A stretch of DNA of 32,000 bases, from the NCBI GenBank assembly GCA_942493095.1, contig OW818675.1:1590001-1622000 (forward strand), in the 5' to 3' direction. Positions 1 to 9,036 of this stretch are shown here, piece after piece; position 1 is the stretch's first letter, and each line of letters opens with the position of its first letter. The position numbers and the translations under genes were made by a program. This DNA is from Candidatus Electronema halotolerans (GTDB lineage Bacteria > Desulfobacterota > Desulfobulbia > Desulfobulbales > Desulfobulbaceae). The notes below the pieces were generated by a model. It worked only from the letters and a program-made list of their open reading frames with translations. It did not search any database and was not told the origin of the DNA.

Positions 1-12
1 TGAAATTCAGTG

Positions 13-363
13 TCATTTTGCTTTCAGCTTTTTGCATATTGCGGTAAGGATGGCGGTCAGTTCATTGCATTCCTGTTTTAATCCGTCGAGTTGGGTGGAT
101 TCTATCAGTTCAGCTTCTTCAATCAGTTCGAGCCAGTACAGGCTTTCGTGCGCTTCTTTCACAGCAATGCTGTATTTGGTCAGAAAGTCGGCCTTGCTTT
201 GCGCGCCTTCTCCTTCGGCGATATTTGCCCCGATTGATGTTCCAGAGCGAAGCAGTTGTCTGCCAAGTGTTTTGTTGATTCCCGGTTTTTGATCAAGGAC
301 TTGACAGAGTTTTACAATTCGCAGGGCAAATTTCTTTGATCGGTCTGGTAAATCACGTTTCAT
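13..363 (-). CDS. Four helix bundle protein (23S rRNA intervening-sequence protein-like)
   Basis: 116-aa ORF; characteristic LRSGTSIGANIAEGEGAQSKADFLTKYSIAVKEAHESLYWLELI motif region. Confidence 0.9.
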   Translation of the reverse strand: MKRDLPDRSKKFALRIVKLCQVLDQKPGINKTLGRQLLRSGTSIGANIAEGEGAQSKADFLTKYSIAVKEAHESLYWLELIEEAELIESTQLDGLKQECNELTAILTAICKKLKAK

Positions 364-378
364 AATTTCATCATTTAT

Positions 379-431
379 TCTTTACCCTTCACACTTTACC
401 CTTCACCTTTCAAACTTCAACCTTCACCTTT
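379..431. repeat. Degenerate TTCACCC/TTTACCC short tandem repeat tract
   Basis: Reads tctttacccttcacactttacccttcacctttcaaacttcaaccttcacctt; overlaps the hsdS 3' end. Confidence 0.7.
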
Positions 432-1697
432 TGGAATGCGCAGTTCGCCGGAGAGGAGTTTTGGGAGCAGGGTGTCGCGGAGGGTTGCAAGTGTTTTGTT
501 TGAGAAGCAATTTAATGAAATTTTATCAAAGTAACTTGTCCCAATCTGCAAAAAACAATTCATAATTTTTTGTGAAGGCAGCAATATACTTGCCTCATTG
601 ACATTTCCTTTATTGATATGCTGTTGCGCTCCGCCAGTTTGAGATGAAATAATTCCCTCTATATTGTTTGTTATCCAAAGATAGACGAACTCATTTGGAA
701 GTTCTTCTTTTCCAAGAATTCCAACAACTGATTGATTAGCACAACATTCAATTTCGTTCAGACTAACCTGACCGAGAGTTGCTCCTGTTATGGCCAGAAG
801 AGTTGTTCTTTTTGGTAAAAGTTTTGTCGCAGATTTTCGGACTGCTTCCTCAGTAATCAATTCTGAAGGTTCAATAACTCTAAATTCATTAACCTTACCT
901 GAATTTATCCAAGGAATGCTTCCATTATTCCAAAACTCCTTATTTTTACGTGCAGGAGTTCCACCAAGGATAGTTTCTAATTCATCACCAATTTTTGTAA
1001 TCTCCCACCCCTTGGGAACCCACCCCATTTCATCGCTGTAAACAAACTCATCAGGGAAAAGAGCGCGGATTTCAGCAGGAAGCGGCTTGCGCTTGTCGCC
1101 CAATGCAGCACGAGCAGCAGCACGTCCAGCAATCTCCTCCGGCACTTCCTTGCCGCTGGCAATGGCATTGTCAATCACCGGGTCAAAATCAACAAACCAG
1201 CTTTTGAACAATGCCTGCGCCATCGCCTCCAAGGTTTCATTCATCCGCCGGTTTAACTCGATTCGGTCATCAAGAGAACCAAGAATATGGGCAATGGCTT
1301 TTTGTTCTGAGAGTGGAGGAACTTTAATTTCTATCGGATGGATAAAGTTTCGATTCAAAGACGGTTGAGCACTGCCAGAATTAAATCTGGTAAAATCTAT
1401 TGATTTTAAAAGATAATATGCAAACTTCGGATAATTACCATGAAACTCGTTCACGTAGAGGGCAGTATTCAACGGCCAATAATCAATTGGCGAGTATGAA
1501 ACCACCCCAATAGATCCACCACTGCGACCAATTGTTACACCTGGTCCAGTGGCCTTGCTTTCGTTATGCCATCCTGTAATCCCAAAGGAGCCTAATATTG
1601 GTACCTTTCCTATAGTTCTTTTGCCTTCAGGTAAATCATGTCCTCTTTGTAAGGTCACAAATTCACCAAGCGTTTTGTCCTTCCACTCATTCCCCAT
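417..1697 (-). CDS. hsdS: Type I restriction-modification system specificity subunit
   Basis: 426 aa; two target-recognition-like halves (LGEFVTLQRGHDLPEGKR..., IGDELETILGGTPARKN...) and conserved PPLSEQKAIAHILGSLDDRIELNRRMNETLE and LRDTLLPKLLSGELRIP segments. Confidence 0.93.
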   Translation of the reverse strand: MGNEWKDKTLGEFVTLQRGHDLPEGKRTIGKVPILGSFGITGWHNESKATGPGVTIGRSGGSIGVVSYSPIDYWPLNTALYVNEFHGNYPKFAYYLLKSIDFTRFNSGSAQPSLNRNFIHPIEIKVPPLSEQKAIAHILGSLDDRIELNRRMNETLEAMAQALFKSWFVDFDPVIDNAIASGKEVPEEIAGRAAARAALGDKRKPLPAEIRALFPDEFVYSDEMGWVPKGWEITKIGDELETILGGTPARKNKEFWNNGSIPWINSGKVNEFRVIEPSELITEEAVRKSATKLLPKRTTLLAITGATLGQVSLNEIECCANQSVVGILGKEELPNEFVYLWITNNIEGIISSQTGGAQQHINKGNVNEASILLPSQKIMNCFLQIGTSYFDKISLNCFSNKTLATLRDTLLPKLLSGELRIPKGEG

Positions 1698-1790
1698 AAC
1701 CCAGCACCTCCAAATTCCTCAGAATCACCGAATCAAACTCCGCCGCACCCCACATAACACCTCGGCATGAGAGGTAATATATCCCCCCAA

Positions 1791-1839
1791 TCTTCACCCT
1801 TCACCCTTAACCCTTCCCACTTCACCCACCCCTCACTCC
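1791..1839. repeat. Degenerate TTCACCC short tandem repeat tract (second copy, other flank of hsdS)
   Basis: Reads tcttcacccttcacccttaacccttcccacttcacccacccctcact; runs into the sbcC stop region. Confidence 0.7.
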
Positions 1840-4800
1840 CGGCCCTCTGATCAAGCTCCGCCCGCCCGCTTTAGGCAGCACCTCAATTCGACAAGCAATC
1901 CGCTCCTTGAGCGCAGCAACATGCGAAATCACCCCGATCAGCCGCCCTTCGCGGCGCAGCTCGGCCAGACTTTCCAAGGCCGTGTCCAAGGCTGCATCAT
2001 CCAAGGTGCCAAAGCCTTCATCAAGAAAAAGCGACTCCACCTTGCCGCCTGCCATGCCGGACAATCCAAGAGCCAAGGCCAGACTGACGACAAAGCTCTC
2101 GCCGCCGGAAAGATTTTTGGCAGAACGGATTTCATCGGCCTGCCAGCGGTCGGTCACGTTCAGCTCCAAGGGCTGGCCCAGATCGCGCACCAGCCGGTAG
2201 CGGTCGCTCATCCGGGCCAATTGCCGGTTGGCCTGCACCACCATCTGCTCAAAGGTCAAACCTTGGGCAAAGTTGCGGTACTTTTTGCCGTCCGCCGAGC
2301 CGATCAGCTCGTCAAGCTGCCGCCAGCGCAGATATTCCCGGCTCTGCCCTGCCAGCTTGCCCAGCAGCTCAGTCTGCTCGCCGCGCCGCTGCGTATTCAC
2401 GTTCAGCCGATCCCGCATCGAGCCAATCAGCTCGACCGTTTCCCGGTGCTGCTTATGCAGTTCATCCTGGGCCTGCCGGAGCTGCTCCGGCTCCTGACCT
2501 GCGGCAAGCTGGGCCTGCTCCTCTGCGGCAAGGCGGTCTTGCCGATCTTTCTGCCGAGTTTGCAATTCCTCCTCCCGGCGGCACAGCGCATCTGCCTGCT
2601 GACGGAGCGCCTTCCGTTCCTGCTCCGGCAGCCGGGCCGCCAGCCAGTCTGTTTCAGCAGCAAAACTGCTCTCATGCAGCCGCTTGGCAAAGACCGCCTC
2701 TTGTAGCTGAAGCGGCTCTGTTCTCTCCGCAGCCGCCGTCTCCCGGCTTTTGATCAGCGTGTGCTGCTGGGCAAGCTGATCAGCAGCCTGCTGCCGCTGT
2801 TCCTGCACCTGCTGCATGGCCAGTTCCGCTGCTTTGACCGCAGCCGCCAGCCGCTTTTCTTCGGCATCCGGCACCTTGTCCGCAAACAGAGCCACCCGGT
2901 CAGCAGCCATGCGCTCCAGGTCTTGAGCTAGCTCCTTGTTCAGACGCTCTGCTGTTTCCAACTGTCCTGTCCGCGAGTCAATGCCTGCCCGCAGCACTTT
3001 CAGATCAGTTTGCAGGGCGGCAAGCTGCTGCTCCGCTGCTTGGCATTTGTCCTGATGATCCTGCCACGCCTTCTTGCGCACAGTCAGCGCAGCAGCCAGC
3101 TTGTCGAATTCAGCAGTAATGCCATAAACCGCTGTATCGCGCAAGACCTGCTCCTGTTGTTCCGTCAGTTCCTGCGTCAGTTCTCTTTGCTGATCAACAA
3201 TCCGCTGCTGCTCCGCCTCGGCCTTGTCCTGCGCAGCCGCAGCCTTGTCCCGTTCCTGAGCAACTAAGGAATGCCCTGCCTGCTGCTGCTCCAAGGTTTT
3301 GCCAAGCTGGCTGATTTGCTCTACAGCTTCCTCAGCGGTCTGAACAAGCTGCTGGTTCTCTTGCAGCCGCTCATCAATTGCTGTCAACGCAACCTGCTCA
3401 GGTGCAAGAGACAGCTGCTTGCAGAGGCAATCAGCCTGCTCTTTGACCTCCTGCGCCGCATTGCTTTTTTCTTTCCAACGATCAGCAAGATGAGCAGCTT
3501 GCTGCTCCAAGCGGGCCTGTTCCTTGCCTGCCTTGTTGAGGGAATCCTCAGCCTGCCGCAGAGCCGCCCCTGCTGCCTTGGCTGCCTGCTCGGCCTCATC
3601 CAAGAGCGGCAGATTGCCTTGCGCATAAGGATGCTCCAGCGCGCCGCAAAGCGGACAGGGCTTGTCATCCTGAAGCCGCGCCCGCTCCTCTTCCAAGCTG
3701 CGAACCCTGCTGGCAAAGGCAGCCACAGCCCGCTGCTTCTCCTCCTCCAGCCGGGCTGAGTCCCGCTGCTGGCGCAAGGTGTCGAGCTGGGCCGACAACT
3801 CCATCTTGTCCGCAGCGTTTTGCTCCTGCTGCTGGCGCAACTTCGTCAGTCCGTCAGTCAGCTTCTCCTGCTGCTCAAGCAATTTTGTCAGTTGTGACAA
3901 GGCATTCTGTTCATCGCGCAAGTCAGCTGTGCGACGGCCTTGCAGGAGCTGGGCCAGCTTTTCTTCCGCTGCTGCCCGTGCTTCCTTGGTCTCGGCCAGC
4001 AACTGCTCTGCGGCAGCGCAACGAGCCGCCTTGTCCTGCCAAAGCTGCTTGCTGGCCATGAGCTGCCTGTCTGCGGCAAGGCTGTCTTTGCTCATTTTCT
4101 CCAGCCGCTTGCGTAAGGAAGCAACCTGCTCCACTTGCCGACAAATACCGGTCAGCTCAGTGAGCAAACCCTTGTCCGCCTGATGCTCGGCCAGATAGGC
4201 TGCACTCTGCTCTTGCTGGGTCTGCAAAACACGGCTCTGCTGCTCCAGCAGTTGACATTTCTGCACATCAGCAGCATTGTTCTGCCGCAGTTCAGCACAG
4301 GCCGCCTCCTGTTTCTGCAAGGCTGTCTGTTTCTCCTGAATACGGAAATCCAGCTCCCGCACCTGCCGAAGCAGCAGACTGCCCTGCTCCTGTTCAGTCT
4401 TGCTCTTGGTCAGCAGAGCCGCATTCTGATGCAGCAGCTCCCCTGCCACCTTGAGCGCAGCTTCCAGCTCCGGCAGCGTGCCGCGCAAGTCCGCTGCCGC
4501 CTGCACGTCCTTGTTCTGCTGCTCACGCAGGGCAGCCAAGGCGGCATAATCCCCTTCCAAGGCCAAAGCCTGCTCGGCCCGCGCCAGCCGCTCCGCTACA
4601 GGAGCAAAGTTCTGCCGCTCTGCTGCCAGCCCAGCTTGCTCGATGCTGATCTTGGCCAGCTCCTGCCGCAGGGCCGCGATTTTTTTCAACCAAGCCAAGG
4701 CCGCCGCAAGCTGTTCTGCTTCAGACTTGAGCTTGGCCTCTTCTTGGTTGAGATCAGCCAATTTCTGCTGCAACTCGCTCTCTTCTTCCGCCGTCAGCAA

Positions 4801-5418
4801 CCGCAGGGCATCAGCCTGCTCTTGCAGCCGCTGCTGGGCCTCCTTTTCCGCCTTGCAGCGTTCATGCACCCGGATGGAAATGCGGCTGTACAGCTCGGTG
4901 CCAGTGATCTGCTCCAGAATCGGAGCGCGCTTGTCAGGCGGGGCTTGGAGAAAGGCATCAAATCTGCCCTGCGCCAGCAGCATGGAGCGGGTGAAGCGTT
5001 CCGCATCCATGCCGGTCAGCTCCTCGATCTGAGCTTCAACATCTTTGATTTTTTCGGCAAGAATCTGGCCGTCCAAGCGGGCCAGCTCCCGTTTTGCGGC
5101 CCGAAGCCGACCAGTCCGGCTGCGGTGCTGATGCCACGAGCAGCGGAAGCCGCCTTGTTCTGCGACAAAATCGACTTCCGCAAAGCAGCTGTCTCGCTGC
5201 CGGGACATGATCTCGTTGCTGCTCTGGGTGATTTTGCCAAGGCGGGGTGTGGAGCCGTACAGGGCCAGACAGAGCGCGTCAAGAATGGTGGTCTTGCCTG
5301 CGCCGGTCGGGCCAGTAATGGCAAAGATGCCGTCAGCAAAGGCTGGGTCGGTGAAATCCAGCTCCCAGCTCCCGGTCAGGGAATTGAGGTTGCTCAGACG
5401 AAGTTTGAGAATGCGCAT
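1822..5418 (-). CDS. sbcC: Exonuclease SbcC-like SMC-family ATPase
   Basis: 1198 aa; N-terminal MRILKLRLSNLNSLTGSWELDF...FAITGPTGAGKTTILDALCLALYG Walker A, long coiled coil with CPLCGALEHP zinc-hook motif, C-terminal LSGGESFVVSLALALGLS signature and LFLDEGFGTLD Walker B. Confidence 0.95.
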   Translation of the reverse strand: MRILKLRLSNLNSLTGSWELDFTDPAFADGIFAITGPTGAGKTTILDALCLALYGSTPRLGKITQSSNEIMSRQRDSCFAEVDFVAEQGGFRCSWHQHRSRTGRLRAAKRELARLDGQILAEKIKDVEAQIEELTGMDAERFTRSMLLAQGRFDAFLQAPPDKRAPILEQITGTELYSRISIRVHERCKAEKEAQQRLQEQADALRLLTAEEESELQQKLADLNQEEAKLKSEAEQLAAALAWLKKIAALRQELAKISIEQAGLAAERQNFAPVAERLARAEQALALEGDYAALAALREQQNKDVQAAADLRGTLPELEAALKVAGELLHQNAALLTKSKTEQEQGSLLLRQVRELDFRIQEKQTALQKQEAACAELRQNNAADVQKCQLLEQQSRVLQTQQEQSAAYLAEHQADKGLLTELTGICRQVEQVASLRKRLEKMSKDSLAADRQLMASKQLWQDKAARCAAAEQLLAETKEARAAAEEKLAQLLQGRRTADLRDEQNALSQLTKLLEQQEKLTDGLTKLRQQQEQNAADKMELSAQLDTLRQQRDSARLEEEKQRAVAAFASRVRSLEEERARLQDDKPCPLCGALEHPYAQGNLPLLDEAEQAAKAAGAALRQAEDSLNKAGKEQARLEQQAAHLADRWKEKSNAAQEVKEQADCLCKQLSLAPEQVALTAIDERLQENQQLVQTAEEAVEQISQLGKTLEQQQAGHSLVAQERDKAAAAQDKAEAEQQRIVDQQRELTQELTEQQEQVLRDTAVYGITAEFDKLAAALTVRKKAWQDHQDKCQAAEQQLAALQTDLKVLRAGIDSRTGQLETAERLNKELAQDLERMAADRVALFADKVPDAEEKRLAAAVKAAELAMQQVQEQRQQAADQLAQQHTLIKSRETAAAERTEPLQLQEAVFAKRLHESSFAAETDWLAARLPEQERKALRQQADALCRREEELQTRQKDRQDRLAAEEQAQLAAGQEPEQLRQAQDELHKQHRETVELIGSMRDRLNVNTQRRGEQTELLGKLAGQSREYLRWRQLDELIGSADGKKYRNFAQGLTFEQMVVQANRQLARMSDRYRLVRDLGQPLELNVTDRWQADEIRSAKNLSGGESFVVSLALALGLSGMAGGKVESLFLDEGFGTLDDAALDTALESLAELRREGRLIGVISHVAALKERIACRIEVLPKAGGRSLIRGPGVRGG

Positions 5419-5460
5419 CAGTTTTCTGTCTGTAAATTCATGTTCATGCGTCAGAGGAAT

Positions 5461-8400
5461 TTACCGCCGCACCGCCCGCTTAACCCGCACCGGATCCGGC
5501 GGCTGCGGCAGAATCCGCACTGGCTCCTTTTTCAGCAAATCAAGCGCGATATCCACTGCCTTTTCCAACTGCGGGTCATGGCCCTGATTGACTGCGGCAG
5601 GCTCCTGCTCAACGACAAAATCCGGCTCCACGCCCTTGTTCTCCACATCCCATTCCCCCTGCAAGTTGTAAAAACCGCCTCTTGGCACGGCCAGATAGCC
5701 GCCGTCCATCAAGGGCGGCACATCCCAGATACCAACTAAGCCGCCCCAAGTGCGGGTGCCGACCAAGGGGCCGATTTTTTTCAAGCGGAACATGTATGGC
5801 AGTATGTCACCGCCCGAACCGGCGGCCTCGTTGATGAGCATCACCTTTGGTCCCCAGATGCCTGCGTTCGGCACAGTGAAGGGCTGATGCTCACCAGCCG
5901 CGTTATTGAAAAAGCCGAGCAGCTCGCGGCCCAAGAGATCAACAATGTAGTCAGGGATCATGCCGCCCTGATTGAAGCGTTCGTCAATAATCGCTCCCTG
6001 CTTGTCCTGCTGGGCAAAATAGTAGCGGTTGAAAAAGTTGTAGCCGCCAAAGCCGGTGTCGGGAAGCCAGACGTATGCCAGCCTGCCCCCGGACAGTTCC
6101 TCAACCTTGTTCCGGTTGCCTTCAATCCAGCTTTTGAGCCGCAGGCTGAAATCAGAAAAGGTCGGCACTACCGTCACTTCGCGGCTGCCTTTCATGACCG
6201 GCTTGTCATTCAGAGTCAGCACGGTCTGCTTGTCAGCGGTCTCCTCAAACAGGCTGTACGGATTCATGGAGCTGTCCAATTCCACCCCGTTCACCGCCAA
6301 AAGAAAGTCGCCTTCCTGCACGTCAATGCCCGGCCCGCTCAACGGGGCGCGCAGGCGCGGGTTCCAGTTCTCGCCCTTGTAAATTTTTTCCAAGCGATAC
6401 CTGCCTGCCTGAATGCTGAAGTCCGCGCCCAGCAGGCCGACCGGGGTGTAGTTTGGAAAAGGCAGGTCGCCGCCGCCGGTGAAGGCATGGCCAACCGAGG
6501 TTTCGCCGCCGAGAATGGCAAGAATGTAGTTGAGATCGGCGCGGTGGCGGACATGGGCCACCAAAGGCGCATAAGCGCTGTAGGCCCAGTCCAGATCAAG
6601 GCCATGCACGTTATCGACATAAAAATAATCGCGCTCGAATCGCCAAGCCTCCCGGAATATCTGCCGCCATTCCTGCTTGGGAATCACCTTCATCTGCATG
6701 TCTCTGGTGTTGATGCCGCCCTCGCTCGGTTCGGGCGAGCCATCGGCATCAGCAATAGCCCAGTTGCTCCAGTCCTTGCAATAGAGAATTTTCTTTCGGT
6801 CAGCAGACAAGGCGCAGTTCCAGACATTTTTCAGAAAGTCAACTGGCTCCTTGTCTTTAAGCGTGAAACGGTGCAGAATCAGGCCAATGCTTTTAGACCA
6901 ATCTTGATTTTTGTTCCACTCTGTGTAAAAGATTGTTCCTTCCTTGCCTGCTTTAAGCTGACGGTAATCGCCTTGAGGCAGATCAAGGGCGACAATCCGC
7001 TGATCAATGCCCTGCAAATCTATTTTGACTGCAACCGGTTTTTCCTCCTCTTCCGGCAGGTCTTCCATGCCATTTTCTGATTTCTTTTTCGCTTTGCCAG
7101 ACTTCTTGTCCTTTGTCCCCTTTGCCGTCTTTTTTTCCTTGCTGACCTCCTCCTTTGTATCCTTGGCAGCGTCATTGTCCGGCTTGTTTTCCTCATCACT
7201 TTCCGGCAGCAAGGGGGAAGGCTCATCCGCTGCCAAGACCGCCAAATAAATCGCCCGGCGCACTGGCAGGCGGTCCTGCGAACTCATATCCAACCAGCTG
7301 ACATTGAGACCGAAATTGGTGCTGGCAAGAAAATAGAGATACTTGCCGCTTGCATCCCAGGCCGGGGACAGGCAGTCGGACAGACCGTCCGTGAGCTGGA
7401 AGGACTTGTCCTGCGCAAGGGAATAGAGAAAAATGGCTTTGTACTGATTTTTCAGCCGCTTGACATAGGCGATCCATTGTGAGTCCGGCGACCAGATCGG
7501 GGCAATGACCCGCTGCGGCGCGGTGAAGCCCTCGTTGGCAATCAAACGGACTTGTTCGCTCTTGACATCAAGCAGCCAGAGATTCCGGTCCGCATCGCTG
7601 AAGCTGATCTTCTTCGCATCCGGCGACCAAGCGGGCGTGTAAAAGAAGGTCGGATGCTTGAGCTTGATCTTCCGTTTGTTTTTACCATACTGATCCGCAA
7701 GGACCAGCTGATATTCACCGCCCTCATCTGAAAACCAGCTAATCAGCTTGCCGTCCGGCGACCAGGCCGGGTTGCGGTCAGCCACGCCGGAACTGGCTGT
7801 CAGATTGCGGACATCACCTTTTTCCGCTGGAACCGTGAAGATATCGCCCCGCGCCTCAAAGACCGCCCGCTGGCCGGTTGGCGACAAATCCCACGTTGCG
7901 ATCTGATTGCCGACATATTCCCAGCGGGGCCGGGCCAGCGGGAAATCGCCCTGCACGGTGATGGCCAGCTTTTCCGGCTGGCCGTCTGCCGGATCAAGGA
8001 GATAGAGCCAGCCGCTGTTTTCAAAAATCAGTCTGCCGCCGCCAGCCTCCAGATGCTTGCAGTCAAACTCGCTGAAAAATGTGACCTGCCGGAGTTTTTT
8101 GTCAGACAGACTGTAGGACCAGACATTCATGGTCTGGTCGCGGTCTGAAAGAAAATAGATGCTCTTGTCCAACCAGACCGGGCTGTTGTCATTTGCGCCG
8201 TCCCAAGGCAGCTTGTCAACGGCCAAGGTTTGCAGATCAATGATGCGGATCGGATTGTTCTGGCCGCCCCGGTAGTTGCGCCATTCCGGCTCCCACTGCC
8301 TGATCTTCTGATAGACAAATTTTTTGCCGTCAGGAGAGGAATGGCCTTCCTCAGCTCTGGGCATGGGCAGCGGCTTTGGCAGGCCGCCCTGCAGGCTGAC

Positions 8401-8832
8401 CTGCCAGAACTTGGGATAATCATCCGGCACATTGTCCCGGCCAGAGGTGAAGAGCACAGCTTTGCCGTCCCTGCTCCAGCCGCGCACCTCGTCGTCTGCT
8501 GGATGCCAGGTCAGCCGCTGCGGCTCGCCGCCTTGGGCAGAAACCACATAGACATCAACATTGCCGTCATATTCACCGGAAAAGGCGATCTGGCTGCCGT
8601 CCGGGGAGAAATGCGGCTCTGTCTCTGCCCCGGCAAAGGTGGTGAGCCGACGGGCCGGGCCGCCTTGCAGGCCGCAGAGCCAAATATCATTGGCATAAAC
8701 AAAGGCAATCGCAGACTGGCTGACCGCCGGATTGCGGAGCAGGCGGGCTTCCTCCGCTGCGGCAGGCTGCAATGACAGGACTGAAAACAGGCAGAGCGCG
8801 GCAGAGAGACTGGGGCGTGACCAAGTGAGCAT
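5461..8832 (-). CDS. Tricorn-type S41 peptidase (TolB-like beta-propeller, PDZ, C-terminal S41 domain)
   Basis: 1123 aa; signal peptide; repeated FSPDGSQIAFSG / WSPDGKLISW / WSPDAKKISF propeller motifs; PDZ region; S41 catalytic NEAAGSGGDILPYMFRLKKIGPLVGTRTWGG. Confidence 0.93.
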   Translation of the reverse strand: MLTWSRPSLSAALCLFSVLSLQPAAAEEARLLRNPAVSQSAIAFVYANDIWLCGLQGGPARRLTTFAGAETEPHFSPDGSQIAFSGEYDGNVDVYVVSAQGGEPQRLTWHPADDEVRGWSRDGKAVLFTSGRDNVPDDYPKFWQVSLQGGLPKPLPMPRAEEGHSSPDGKKFVYQKIRQWEPEWRNYRGGQNNPIRIIDLQTLAVDKLPWDGANDNSPVWLDKSIYFLSDRDQTMNVWSYSLSDKKLRQVTFFSEFDCKHLEAGGGRLIFENSGWLYLLDPADGQPEKLAITVQGDFPLARPRWEYVGNQIATWDLSPTGQRAVFEARGDIFTVPAEKGDVRNLTASSGVADRNPAWSPDGKLISWFSDEGGEYQLVLADQYGKNKRKIKLKHPTFFYTPAWSPDAKKISFSDADRNLWLLDVKSEQVRLIANEGFTAPQRVIAPIWSPDSQWIAYVKRLKNQYKAIFLYSLAQDKSFQLTDGLSDCLSPAWDASGKYLYFLASTNFGLNVSWLDMSSQDRLPVRRAIYLAVLAADEPSPLLPESDEENKPDNDAAKDTKEEVSKEKKTAKGTKDKKSGKAKKKSENGMEDLPEEEEKPVAVKIDLQGIDQRIVALDLPQGDYRQLKAGKEGTIFYTEWNKNQDWSKSIGLILHRFTLKDKEPVDFLKNVWNCALSADRKKILYCKDWSNWAIADADGSPEPSEGGINTRDMQMKVIPKQEWRQIFREAWRFERDYFYVDNVHGLDLDWAYSAYAPLVAHVRHRADLNYILAILGGETSVGHAFTGGGDLPFPNYTPVGLLGADFSIQAGRYRLEKIYKGENWNPRLRAPLSGPGIDVQEGDFLLAVNGVELDSSMNPYSLFEETADKQTVLTLNDKPVMKGSREVTVVPTFSDFSLRLKSWIEGNRNKVEELSGGRLAYVWLPDTGFGGYNFFNRYYFAQQDKQGAIIDERFNQGGMIPDYIVDLLGRELLGFFNNAAGEHQPFTVPNAGIWGPKVMLINEAAGSGGDILPYMFRLKKIGPLVGTRTWGGLVGIWDVPPLMDGGYLAVPRGGFYNLQGEWDVENKGVEPDFVVEQEPAAVNQGHDPQLEKAVDIALDLLKKEPVRILPQPPDPVRVKRAVRR

Positions 8833-9036
8833 GAGGCGGTTCCTCCGGGTTGATTGCTGCCGCTGAACTGGGTTTGCGGCCTGCTCCTCTTACCACAGAA
8901 GCAGCAGCCTGACAACGCACTTTCTTGCTCTGGCGGCTTTTCGCGGGCCTGATTCAAAAAATTTGACGAATACAGATTCCATCTGCTATAATTCAAAAAA
9001 TTATACTCATTTTTTCATCTCCTTCATCAAGGTGCA

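Noticed and set aside
379-1839. TTCACCC tracts as a CRISPR-like array
   Set aside because: Units are short and degenerate, without regular spacers or cas genes.
4135-5739. 534-aa plus-strand ORF opposite sbcC
   Set aside because: Antisense to a well-supported SbcC frame; the translation is Leu/Gln-rich shadow sequence with no motifs.
5887-7080. 397-aa plus-strand ORF opposite the tricorn-like gene
   Set aside because: Shadow ORF caused by codon bias of a confident coding gene on the other strand.
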